DNA from: Desulfobacterales bacterium
Lineage (GTDB): Bacteria > Desulfobacterota > Desulfobacteria > Desulfobacterales > UBA11574
DNA: 64,000 nt
Direction of reading: 5' to 3'
Assembly: GCA_030145345.1 (NCBI GenBank)
Contig: JAQYVT010000004.1
Coordinates: 992 to 64,991 of the forward strand
Translations under genes and position numbers: made by a program
Part shown: positions 27,472 to 36,267 of the stretch, piece by piece
How the letters are laid out: each line of letters begins with the position of its first letter
Position numbering within the stretch: position 1 is the first letter of the stretch
Notes under the pieces: generated by a model
What the model was told of the DNA's origin: nothing
Databases searched by the model: none
Seen by the model: only the letters and a program-made list of their open reading frames with translations

Positions 27472-29216
27472 ACGAAAATAAAGAAAATAAAAAAATCATC
27501 GCGCGAATCAAAAATTTAGCGCGGCAGAGAAAAGAAATCCTTTCTTTGTCCCCTGAAAAAGCCCTTGATGCGATTCTCGACTCGCCCCAATCAGCGGCCC
27601 TGGTCCATTCACTTTCAGAAGAAGATTTTCATTTTTTAATCCATGATATCGGGATTGAAGACGCGCTCCCACTTCTTCGTCTTGCATCCGACAAACAGTG
27701 GGAATATATCGTCGATCTCGAGGTATGGGAAAAAGATCGAATGGATCTTGCATCTGTAACAAAGTGGTTTGACCTACTGTTTAAAATAGATCCGAGTCGA
27801 TTTATAAAATGGTTTCTCCATCAGAAGACCGAGTTGATGGAATTTTATCTATTCAAAAATATCGAAATAAGGATCAGAGAAACCGATGAGGATCCATCCG
27901 ACTTTGGGGAGGCGTTTTTTACGTTCGACGACGCTTTTTATGTAAAGTTTCTCGACAAACCCTTTGACCTGGAAACCGATTTAAGCGATGGGGAAAAGAC
28001 CACCAAAAATCACCGGGACGATTTTCTTTCAAAATTTCTTGAAACGCTTTTAGCCTATGATCACTTCACATACCAGAAGGTTCTGTTAGAGACGTCCGGC
28101 GTTATACCGGCAGAGACTGAAGAAGAAGCCTATCGATTGAAAAATGTAAGACTGGCGGAAAAAGGGTTTCTTCCGTACGCGGAGGCCGTCGGCATTTATC
28201 AGCCGCTCAAAGTACAGGATTTCAAGCAACAGCCCACAAAATTCATCGTTTCAGAGCCTGAACGAAAACTTTTCTTTCCGGTTCCCTTCTATCACACCGA
28301 CTTGCTGGAACAAGAGGATTATTTTACAAACGCATTAAAAAAAATCGACATCGATGATGTTCTGGAGCAAATTCAGATCGAGTTTGCCAGTCTGTGCAAC
28401 CTGATTATTTCTGCGGACCAAAAAAAAATCCGGGAAAAAGATCAACTTAAAAGTGTCGTAAAAAAGGCCTGCGGATATATAAATATCGGACTCGAGAAGC
28501 TCACCGAAGATGACGGGGATATCGATGCCGACCGTTGTGCCGCAGTGGTACAAAGGTGCCCCCTTTCGAATATTTTTAAAGTGGGATTCGGGCTTGCTCT
28601 TGAACTGAAGTGGCGTGCCGAAAAATGGCAGGAAAAGAGCTGGTTTAAACGAAACGGATTGCTTCTGGGCTTCTGGGACCAAGATTGGATGGGGGTGCTG
28701 GGCGGACTTCTGATAAAAAAGCCGCTGTTTTATGACAATTATAAAACCGGTGTGCTTTACAGAGAATTTGTCACCCTACAAGACATCGAGGACACTGAAA
28801 ATACATTAAATGAAATTGTCGCCTTTGACGAAGTTCTCTCCCTTATGAACATTGACCCGGAGCTGGTTCCGGAGGGGTATCTAACCTATAAGAATTTTGT
28901 GCTGACACTCTGGGCCCGGAATTATATGGGCCTGTCCGAAGAACTTCTACCGTTGCCCCTGGATGCGTTCAAAAACTTTTTTAATGATCTGTGGACCGGT
29001 AAGGACAAACCGCGTAAAACGCGCCGGACAATGAAAGAATCTTTTTTAGACTGGCTTTCAGACAAGACAGGGTTCACACATTATGAGATCACTCAGAAAT
29101 TGGGCCAAACCCTGGAAAATCTTTTTAATGAGATCGAAAGCGAGGTTGGGGAAGTATCCCGCGAAGACCTTGATCCCAAATATATTCATCTTTTTTTAAT
29201 AAATCCGGATATATAA
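27468..29216 (+). CDS. Conserved hypothetical protein, 582 aa, acidic and helical
   Basis: Long uninterrupted ORF. Its ATG overlaps the ampG stop (ATGA at 27468-27471). No catalytic motif recognised. Confidence 0.6.
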   Translation: MNENKENKKIIARIKNLARQRKEILSLSPEKALDAILDSPQSAALVHSLSEEDFHFLIHDIGIEDALPLLRLASDKQWEYIVDLEVWEKDRMDLASVTKWFDLLFKIDPSRFIKWFLHQKTELMEFYLFKNIEIRIRETDEDPSDFGEAFFTFDDAFYVKFLDKPFDLETDLSDGEKTTKNHRDDFLSKFLETLLAYDHFTYQKVLLETSGVIPAETEEEAYRLKNVRLAEKGFLPYAEAVGIYQPLKVQDFKQQPTKFIVSEPERKLFFPVPFYHTDLLEQEDYFTNALKKIDIDDVLEQIQIEFASLCNLIISADQKKIREKDQLKSVVKKACGYINIGLEKLTEDDGDIDADRCAAVVQRCPLSNIFKVGFGLALELKWRAEKWQEKSWFKRNGLLLGFWDQDWMGVLGGLLIKKPLFYDNYKTGVLYREFVTLQDIEDTENTLNEIVAFDEVLSLMNIDPELVPEGYLTYKNFVLTLWARNYMGLSEELLPLPLDAFKNFFNDLWTGKDKPRKTRRTMKESFLDWLSDKTGFTHYEITQKLGQTLENLFNEIESEVGEVSREDLDPKYIHLFLINPDI

Positions 29217-29284
29217 TGAACGCCTTGGCAACTAATTTTTTAATTTTAAGCGGAATTTAAAATAATTTATGAGGAGGTTGTATT

Positions 29285-29524
29285 GTGGAACCGATGGGCG
29301 ATGCTTGGGTAAAAAAATTTAAGACGGTAAAAGTTAAGTTAAAGGACGGTACGATTATTAACGGGCAATTGAATATCGGCGAGTATGCGAGGGTGTTCGA
29401 TTATTTTAGAAGTTCTCCGGACCACTACTTTATTCTGTCCGATGCCGAACACGATGGCCAATCCGGAAGGGTCGTCATCATCAATAAAAATGAAATTGTG
29501 TGGGCTGAGCCGGAAGACACCTAG
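29285..29524 (+). CDS. Small hypothetical protein (79 aa)
   Basis: GTG start with AGGAGG 7 nt upstream. No recognisable family. Confidence 0.45.
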   Translation: MEPMGDAWVKKFKTVKVKLKDGTIINGQLNIGEYARVFDYFRSSPDHYFILSDAEHDGQSGRVVIINKNEIVWAEPEDT

Positions 29525-29596
29525 CCTCAATTTCTCATGAAGAACATCAAAGGCCGACCCTGTTGTATATGCAGGGTTGGGGTTAGGGCTATCCGG

Positions 29597-30691
29597 TTAT
29601 CCATAAGAAGACTTTGGAACGCGCCAGAAGCGGTGGCTAAAGAGACGACACGCCGGCGTAAGGTTGTAGATGGCATCTGCGGCAATCAGGACCGCAGCAT
29701 TGGTCCAAGTGGTTTTATATTGGGGCCAAATGGTCATGTCCGGACACGTAAATCCGCACCAGTATGACCCGTCTTTGTTGGTTCTGTTCTGAATCCAGTT
29801 AAACACCCGCTCTGAAAGACGCAGGTTGCCCATGGCCGACAATGCCAGCGTCAGTTCGCACGTTTCTGCAACCGTTATCCAGGGCCGGCTGGATACACAC
29901 CGAACGCCTTGACCGTTGATCACGAATTTTTCCCAGAACTTTTCGATTCTCTGGTGCGCCCTATGGCCGGTGATGACGCCCGAGAGTATCGGATAGAACC
30001 AGTCCATTGAATAATTGGATTTGGACCTGTTAAAAAGATCGGGTTTATACTGAATCGCATATTTTAACCTTGATAATCCTTCAATCCATTCCGGCATCGT
30101 ATACCCGAGTTGTTCTGCAACAGCCAGCGCACATTTGATGCTCATGTAGACAGAGCTGGATCCGGTCAGAAGCGACATAGGATCGACGCGCCCTGCCGGG
30201 CTTATGGCCCAGTAGATCTCACCACCGGGAGCCTGCATGTCGAGAGCGAAGTTTATGGCCGATTTTATGGTGGGCCACATCTCTTCAAGAAAGGTTAAAT
30301 CACCGGTTATAAGATAGTAGTGAAAAACACCCACAGCAATGTAGGACGACAGGTTCGTATCCCGGGTCTTATCCTTGGGAATACCATCCATGTACGAGGC
30401 ATACCAGCTTCCATCCTCAAGCTGAATTCGGGCCGACCATTTATAGGCCTTCTGCGCCGCTTTCAAAAACCCGCCGATGCTGAGCCCCATTGCAGCCTCT
30501 ATATGATCCCACGGATCAGTTTTTTCATCTTCGCACCAGGGTATTTCACCGCTTTCTCTTTGTGTTTTTGCGATCATGCCGCCGACAAGATCAACGTCAA
30601 TCGATACATTCTGTTTGCGCGCGTAGAGATTTAGTCCTGTACACATGATATCTTTATCGATGAAAAATTCCAGAATTGTTAATAAAAGCAC
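29597..30691 (-). CDS. Alpha/alpha-toroid protein (prenyltransferase/terpene-cyclase-like or GH15-like repeats)
   Basis: Repeated [ED]DGS[WY] and GGEIYW type motifs spaced about 50 aa apart. The start is uncertain (GTG 30691 or ATG 30646). Confidence 0.5.
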   Translation of the reverse strand: MLLLTILEFFIDKDIMCTGLNLYARKQNVSIDVDLVGGMIAKTQRESGEIPWCEDEKTDPWDHIEAAMGLSIGGFLKAAQKAYKWSARIQLEDGSWYASYMDGIPKDKTRDTNLSSYIAVGVFHYYLITGDLTFLEEMWPTIKSAINFALDMQAPGGEIYWAISPAGRVDPMSLLTGSSSVYMSIKCALAVAEQLGYTMPEWIEGLSRLKYAIQYKPDLFNRSKSNYSMDWFYPILSGVITGHRAHQRIEKFWEKFVINGQGVRCVSSRPWITVAETCELTLALSAMGNLRLSERVFNWIQNRTNKDGSYWCGFTCPDMTIWPQYKTTWTNAAVLIAADAIYNLTPACRLFSHRFWRVPKSSYG

Positions 30692-30818
30692 TGTCCATGG
30701 AGCGGTTCAACAAAGAGAACATCCCGATCCCTGATATTCGGTAAAAAGGTTTGCAACCATCTTGATTTGTGATAATTTACATATAAATCTTCAACCCGCT
30801 TTGTGGACTATAACATAG

Positions 30819-32414
30819 ATGCCCATTAATCAATTAAAAAGCGCACTGCGTTTTTATTTCATTACCGATGAAGATGTCACCGGCTTTTCTCCGGTGAAGC
30901 AGGTACAGATTGCCATAAAAGCCGGAGCGACCATTGTCCAATACCGAAACAAATCTTTTTCTCCGCGGTTTTTCGAACAAGTTGTCGTTATAAAAAACAT
31001 CTGTAAATGTAACGCGATTCCTTTTATTATCAATGACGACATCCTGCTTGCCAAGGCGGTGATGGCCGATGGGGTCCACCTCGGTCAGGACGATGAAGAT
31101 CCTGCTCTGGCGAAACGCATTTTAGGTCCTCAGGCAATTATTGGCACGTCCGTATCCAATCTTGATGAACTGAACGCTTCAGATCTGTCCGTTTGTGACT
31201 ACATCGGAACAGGCCCTGTTTTCTCGACCCTAACAAAAGTCGATGCAAAAAAGGTTATCGGGCTTTCCGGCCTAAAAGCCGTTGTAAAGGCATCCCCGGT
31301 TCCGGTGGTCGCCATCGGCGGTATTGACCAGACAACCGCAGCATCCTGTTTCGAACAGGGTGCTGCAGGCGTCGCAGCAATCAGTGTCGTTACCCGGGCC
31401 AAGGACCCTTTGCAAAACGCTTTACAAGTCGCATCGGCTTGCGGATGCAAGCCCCCTTCTGCAGTTGCTTCGCCGTGGAATGATGAATTCGCACTGATCA
31501 AAAAGCTAATTAAAAAAATGCCGGCCGATTCATATCTTCGAATTCCACCCGGCGATGATGCCTGTCTTCTGATGCCGATAAACCACCCGGTCATCACAAC
31601 AGATACGCAAAAAGAGGGGGTTCACTTCAGACTCGAGTGGCAGACGCCTGAAGAGGTGGGCAGCAAAGCCGTGGAAGTTACACTCAGCGATCTCGCGGCT
31701 TCGTATGCTGCGCCCATAAGCTTTTTTGTCAATCTCGCACTTCCGGGTTATATTTCAGATCAAACCGTCGAAAATATCTATAAAGGGATTAAAAAATCCC
31801 TGGCAAAACACAACTGCACATTGGGCGGCGGTAATATTTCCGCCGGGTTTGAGCTGACGTTAGATCTTTTTGCAATCGGCCAGGGGCGCAAAGATATCTT
31901 CCCGGTACGTTCAGCGGCGCTACCCGGGTATAACCTATATAGTACGGGGCTCCTTGGACTTTCCCGTGCCGGCTTAGAGGCATTGATCAGAAAAGATGAC
32001 ACATTCGACGAACTGATCGCAAAATTCAAATCCCCCTCGGCCCGGTTTGACGCAGCACAGGTACTGGCAGAAAACAAGGTCACCTGTGTTATTGATGTCA
32101 GCGACGGCCTGGCAGGTGATGCAAAACGGATCGCAGAAGCATCTGAAATTTCCGTATCCATCGATTTAACGTCCAGGGCATTCCACCCGACACTGGTATC
32201 ATTCTGCGAAAAATACCGGCTGATTCCCGAAGAAATGGTCCTGGCCGGCGGTGAGGATTACGAACTTTTGTTTGCTTGTACCCCGGACCTGTTTGAAACT
32301 ATGAAAAAAGATCTTCCATCGGCGTTTAAGGTCGGCCGCTGTCTCGAATTTCAAGGGACACATATGGTGAATATGCCGAGGAATATTTCATCTTTTCAGC
32401 ACGGACTACGATAA
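30819..32414 (+). CDS. Bifunctional thiamine-phosphate synthase / thiamine-monophosphate kinase (ThiE-ThiL fusion)
   Basis: The N-terminal 210 aa are ThiE-like (FYFITDE..., GADGVHLGQDD, IGGI). The C-terminal 320 aa are ThiL-like (EFALIKKL...GDDACLL, DTQKEGVHF, DVSDGLAGD, GGEDYELLF). Confidence 0.85.
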   Translation: MPINQLKSALRFYFITDEDVTGFSPVKQVQIAIKAGATIVQYRNKSFSPRFFEQVVVIKNICKCNAIPFIINDDILLAKAVMADGVHLGQDDEDPALAKRILGPQAIIGTSVSNLDELNASDLSVCDYIGTGPVFSTLTKVDAKKVIGLSGLKAVVKASPVPVVAIGGIDQTTAASCFEQGAAGVAAISVVTRAKDPLQNALQVASACGCKPPSAVASPWNDEFALIKKLIKKMPADSYLRIPPGDDACLLMPINHPVITTDTQKEGVHFRLEWQTPEEVGSKAVEVTLSDLAASYAAPISFFVNLALPGYISDQTVENIYKGIKKSLAKHNCTLGGGNISAGFELTLDLFAIGQGRKDIFPVRSAALPGYNLYSTGLLGLSRAGLEALIRKDDTFDELIAKFKSPSARFDAAQVLAENKVTCVIDVSDGLAGDAKRIAEASEISVSIDLTSRAFHPTLVSFCEKYRLIPEEMVLAGGEDYELLFACTPDLFETMKKDLPSAFKVGRCLEFQGTHMVNMPRNISSFQHGLR

Positions 32415-32448
32415 AATGAAAAATTCGGGTTGAAAAAGGGAGGTTCTC

Positions 32449-33114
32449 TTGCAGATCGCAAATAACATTCATGCATTTATGTGGGAATCGATGTCCGCCA
32501 ACAACTGCAACACCTATTTGATCGACGGCCCCACCCGTATTCTCATCGACCCTGGGCACCGGCACCTGTTTGATCATGTGCACCAAGGGCTAATGAAATT
32601 AAATTTAACCCTCGAAGATATCGGATTGATCATATGCACCCATGCCCATCCGGATCACATGGAAGCCGTTCAGTTGTTCAGTAAAACCCATGCCCTAATA
32701 ACGCTCCACCCTAAAGAATGGAGTTTTTTAAAAACCATGGACAAACAGTTAGGCGATGCCATTGGTTTAGACATCGATTTAATTGCACCCGATTTTTTTC
32801 TAACAGAAGGTGACCTTTCTGTACATCGTTTAAATATGGATGTGATTCACACCCCGGGGCATTCACCGGGATCCATCTCCCTTTATTTGCCGGAAACAAA
32901 GATACTTTTTACGGGTGACCTGTTGTTTAAAGGCGGTGTCGGTCGTACGGATCTTCCGGGAGGCAATGGTTCACAGCTCAAAGAAAGCATCGAAAGCCTG
33001 ACACAGCTGGAAATCGAATGGCTTTTGCCCGGTCACGGCGAGATCCTTTCAGGCGGGACGGATATCAAAACCAACTTCGATCAAATCGTCCGGTCTGTGC
33101 TCAACTACATCTAA
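32449..33114 (+). CDS. MBL-fold metallo-hydrolase
   Basis: THAHPDH motif. TTG start with GGGAGG upstream. Confidence 0.8.
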   Translation: MQIANNIHAFMWESMSANNCNTYLIDGPTRILIDPGHRHLFDHVHQGLMKLNLTLEDIGLIICTHAHPDHMEAVQLFSKTHALITLHPKEWSFLKTMDKQLGDAIGLDIDLIAPDFFLTEGDLSVHRLNMDVIHTPGHSPGSISLYLPETKILFTGDLLFKGGVGRTDLPGGNGSQLKESIESLTQLEIEWLLPGHGEILSGGTDIKTNFDQIVRSVLNYI

Positions 33115-33326
33115 CCTAAGCTGAGCGTTTCAGGGTTCAACGTTCTGGGTTGAAAAAACCTCAAACAGCTCGCATCCATGTGATACCGGCTTCATCGTGG
33201 TTTCAAAACCGTTCCAACCGATAGGTTATGGCAGGCATTCCGGTTTTTGATCAATATTTTGAGCAGGTTCAATCGGTTTTAACCCTTGAACTTTGAACCC
33301 AAAACCTGGAACCGATCAGTTTAGGT

Positions 33327-33875
33327 CTAAATTTCAGACGACGACCCGGCTGTCAAACGGCCCTTTTCTCTGGTCAGAATCTGATCGAACCTTCCCTTGA
33401 TGTCACCCAGCATCGACAGCCATTCACGGTCACCCTCGAGATTCGGAACAACTGCGGCGCCTGAAATAAATCGTTTTTTTTCAAGATCTGCTTTTATCTC
33501 GTTGACCCTTCGTTCAGTGGCAGACTTAACTTCCCCCTTAAAATCCTGAAATATCTTCTCGAGCCCTGATACATTTAAGCCACAAATTTCATTTAACAGT
33601 TCAAGATACATTTTATAGTGGCGGCCGGGTTCAAGGCTGCTCAAAAGCAAATTTAACAGAATTGGATCCACATTCATGTCATATGTTTTTTTCAAGATAT
33701 CCAGCTCTTTTCCCAGACGATCCTTCCGCAACAGGTCGTCCTGATATTTCTGCACCAGGCCTTTTAATCTCTTATGGACCTCGACCTTCGTTTGCGCATC
33801 CTTTTCCTCCCGACTGAGGGTAAGATGCCGGGTCCTTTCCATAACTAGATCGAGCGTGCTTTTTATTTTTCCCAT
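33327..33875 (-). CDS. Hypothetical helical protein (182 aa)
   Basis: Clean ORF with coding-like composition. No family recognised. Confidence 0.5.
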   Translation of the reverse strand: MGKIKSTLDLVMERTRHLTLSREEKDAQTKVEVHKRLKGLVQKYQDDLLRKDRLGKELDILKKTYDMNVDPILLNLLLSSLEPGRHYKMYLELLNEICGLNVSGLEKIFQDFKGEVKSATERRVNEIKADLEKKRFISGAAVVPNLEGDREWLSMLGDIKGRFDQILTREKGRLTAGSSSEI

Positions 33876-33927
33876 TTGACACCTCTTTATGGGGTTTTAC
33901 TAACGGGGTTAAAAGCCACTCGACATT

Positions 33928-33969
33928 GAGTGTATTCCCTGAAGCGGCATTGCACCCTATTTATGAGGA
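33928..33969. repeat. 42-bp repeat, inverted partner of 14676-14717
   Basis: Identical at 40 of 42 positions to the reverse complement of 14676-14717. Confidence 0.85.
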
Positions 33970-34090
33970 TTCTTAGCACAGCGGAAGAAGGCGACCTGAA
34001 CTGTTTGAGCGCCGCCAAAGGCGAAACGAGTTTTTAGAGCGCCCGGAGCAAGCTTTAGAAGCGTTCAAATGGCCAATGAAGGGAGTTTGC

Positions 34091-34585
34091 TCAATGTCGA
34101 ATAATCGATGAACTCCTTAGTTGATGATTGATATTTTCGTCGTCCGTCAAATGACTTTTTATCACTGCATCCATGTTTGACCGGACAATGTCCAGAATCT
34201 GAACTTTGGAATAGCGCGGCCCGCAACCGATCCCCGGGCATTCCTTGGATGTTCGTTTCCATTTTTTGAGGGAACGTAGATTCTCAAACCAAAAAGGAAA
34301 TGTCCCGCACTGGTGGGGCCGCACGGGATAGATGGTGCACCCGTTATCATAAAACAAACACCGTCCATCAGAATGTTCTCTGATGCTGTGCCCTTCCCTT
34401 ATCGGATAAAGATACGCGTCGATGAAAGCGGAAACCCCAACAGAAAGGTATTCGGCGATGCGCACAATTTCATCTCTATCGACATATATTGTACCCGGAT
34501 CCCCGGTACAGCAGGCGCCACACCGCCGGCACTCAAAACGAATGCCTTGATCAAAAAAATAGGATCGATGGTATAATTTTTCCAT
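34091..34585 (-). CDS. YkgJ-family (UPF0153) cysteine-cluster protein
   Basis: CxxCxxCC motif (FECRRCGACCTG) and a second Cys group near the C-terminus. Confidence 0.75.
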   Translation of the reverse strand: MEKLYHRSYFFDQGIRFECRRCGACCTGDPGTIYVDRDEIVRIAEYLSVGVSAFIDAYLYPIREGHSIREHSDGRCLFYDNGCTIYPVRPHQCGTFPFWFENLRSLKKWKRTSKECPGIGCGPRYSKVQILDIVRSNMDAVIKSHLTDDENINHQLRSSSIIRH

Positions 34586-34767
34586 AAGTGTTCCGTAAAG
34601 GTCGAGCAGCCTGTTTCATAACATGCTCCATCGATTATATCAACTCGGATGGCCATACCCTTTCCGTGCTGCAACATCATTTTATCTTACCGTCTCCTTG
34701 CTTGACATAAGGCTTTAATTTCATTATGCTCTTCAAGCAAGATTTGCAAAATTGGGAGGAGAAAAAC

Positions 34768-35037
34768 ATGAAAATCGATATTAAAAAACCCACAGATCGG
34801 GATCTTGAGGCAAAAGGCGTCTTGGCCTGGCCCATATGGGAAAAAGAAATTTCTCGTTTTGACTGGAATTACGACAGCACCGAGGAATGTTATCTGCTGG
34901 AGGGCAGGGTTACGGTCGAAACAGAGGACGGGGATACCGTGGAATTCGGAAAAGGAGATTTCGTTACATTCCCCAAAGGTCTGTCTTGCATTTGGGATAT
35001 TAAGGCGCCGGTAAGAAAACACTATAATTTCAAATAA
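34768..35037 (+). CDS. Small cupin (DUF861/cupin_3-like)
   Basis: ATG 34768 has GGGAGG upstream. The sequence ...CYLLEGRVTVETEDGDTVEFGKGDFVTFPKG is cupin-like. Confidence 0.7.
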   Translation: MKIDIKKPTDRDLEAKGVLAWPIWEKEISRFDWNYDSTEECYLLEGRVTVETEDGDTVEFGKGDFVTFPKGLSCIWDIKAPVRKHYNFK

Positions 35038-35064
35038 AAAATCAAGATTAAAACCCCTTATAAA

Positions 35065-35098
35065 CCCGTATCGCAATCAGACAATTCGGTTTTTTTTT
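35065..35098 (+). terminator. Probable rho-independent terminator after the cupin gene
   Basis: A weak hairpin (CCGTAT...ATTCGG) followed by T9. Shares a 24-bp module with 46765-46788. Confidence 0.4.
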
Positions 35099-35174
35099 GT
35101 CTCAAACGCTTAAAAAGACCTTCTGTTTGCTTCTTTCCTCTGGCTTTTCCACAACACGACAGGAGTGTTACGAT

Positions 35175-36197
35175 ATGAAACTCGGGATTATCGGTCTTCC
35201 CAGATCCGGCAAATCGACGATATTTGAAGCATTAACACAGAATATCCTTCCCGAAGGCCACAAGGGAGAAAGCCGTATCGGTACCATCCGTGTGCCGGAC
35301 ACGCGCGTGGATGTATTGAGCGGCATCTATAAACCCAAAAGAACCGTTTATACCCAGGTTGAGTATTTTCTTCCGGACGTTCTGCGACAAAAAAAAGATC
35401 AGAAAGTTTGGGTCCAGGTCAGGGATTGTGATGCCTTGATTCATGTGGTGCGCAATTTCGGTGGATACGGTTTTGAAAATCCGACACCATTTTTAGATTT
35501 TCAAACCATAGACCAGGAACTGATTTTAGCGGATCTTGTGGTGATCGAAAAAAAGTTGGAAAGTATCGAACTCGACAGAAAACGGGTCAAAGAGACTTCC
35601 CCGGCGGAACTTTCTCTTTTAAACCAGTGCCTAAAAAACCTTGAAAACGAAATACCGCTCAGGAAGGTGCCCGACCTTGCCTCAGACCACCGGCTCAAGG
35701 GGTATGCCTTTCTCTCCGCAAAGCCGATGCTGGTCCTGTTCAACAACGAAGATGACGACGACGCTATCCCCGAGACCCGAGACTTGTCGTCCCAAGAAAA
35801 TTGTATGGTTATACGGGGGAAGCTCGAACAGGAACTTGCTCAGATGTCGGATGAAGACGCCGAGGAATTTTTATCTGAGTTTAATATTACGGCATCCGCC
35901 ATGGACAGGGTCATCAAGCGATCTTATGAACTCCTCGGCCTTATCTCTTTTTTTACCGTGGTCAATCATGAGGTAAAGGCTTGGACCGTAAAAAAAGATA
36001 CCCAAGCCGTTGACGCGGCGGATACCATCCATACGGACATGAAAAAAGGGTTTATCCGTGCAGAAGTGGTTTCCTATGATGACCTCATGGCTGCAGGATC
36101 CTATCCGGAGGCCAGAAAAAAGGGGATTGTCCGATTAGAGGGAAAAACTTACGAGGTCCAGGACGGGGATATTATAGAATTCCGTTTTAATGTGTGA
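35175..36197 (+). CDS. ychF: YchF/OLA1-family GTPase/ATPase
   Basis: MKLGIIGLPRSGKSTIFEALT P-loop and a C-terminal TGS-like end. ATG 35175 is preceded by AGGAG. Confidence 0.85.
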   Translation: MKLGIIGLPRSGKSTIFEALTQNILPEGHKGESRIGTIRVPDTRVDVLSGIYKPKRTVYTQVEYFLPDVLRQKKDQKVWVQVRDCDALIHVVRNFGGYGFENPTPFLDFQTIDQELILADLVVIEKKLESIELDRKRVKETSPAELSLLNQCLKNLENEIPLRKVPDLASDHRLKGYAFLSAKPMLVLFNNEDDDDAIPETRDLSSQENCMVIRGKLEQELAQMSDEDAEEFLSEFNITASAMDRVIKRSYELLGLISFFTVVNHEVKAWTVKKDTQAVDAADTIHTDMKKGFIRAEVVSYDDLMAAGSYPEARKKGIVRLEGKTYEVQDGDIIEFRFNV

Positions 36198-36267
36198 CCT
36201 GTCAGGGCAGATTCAGATATGAGCGATTCTATATGAGACATCCGGGCCAACCCGGATGTCTCAAGGG

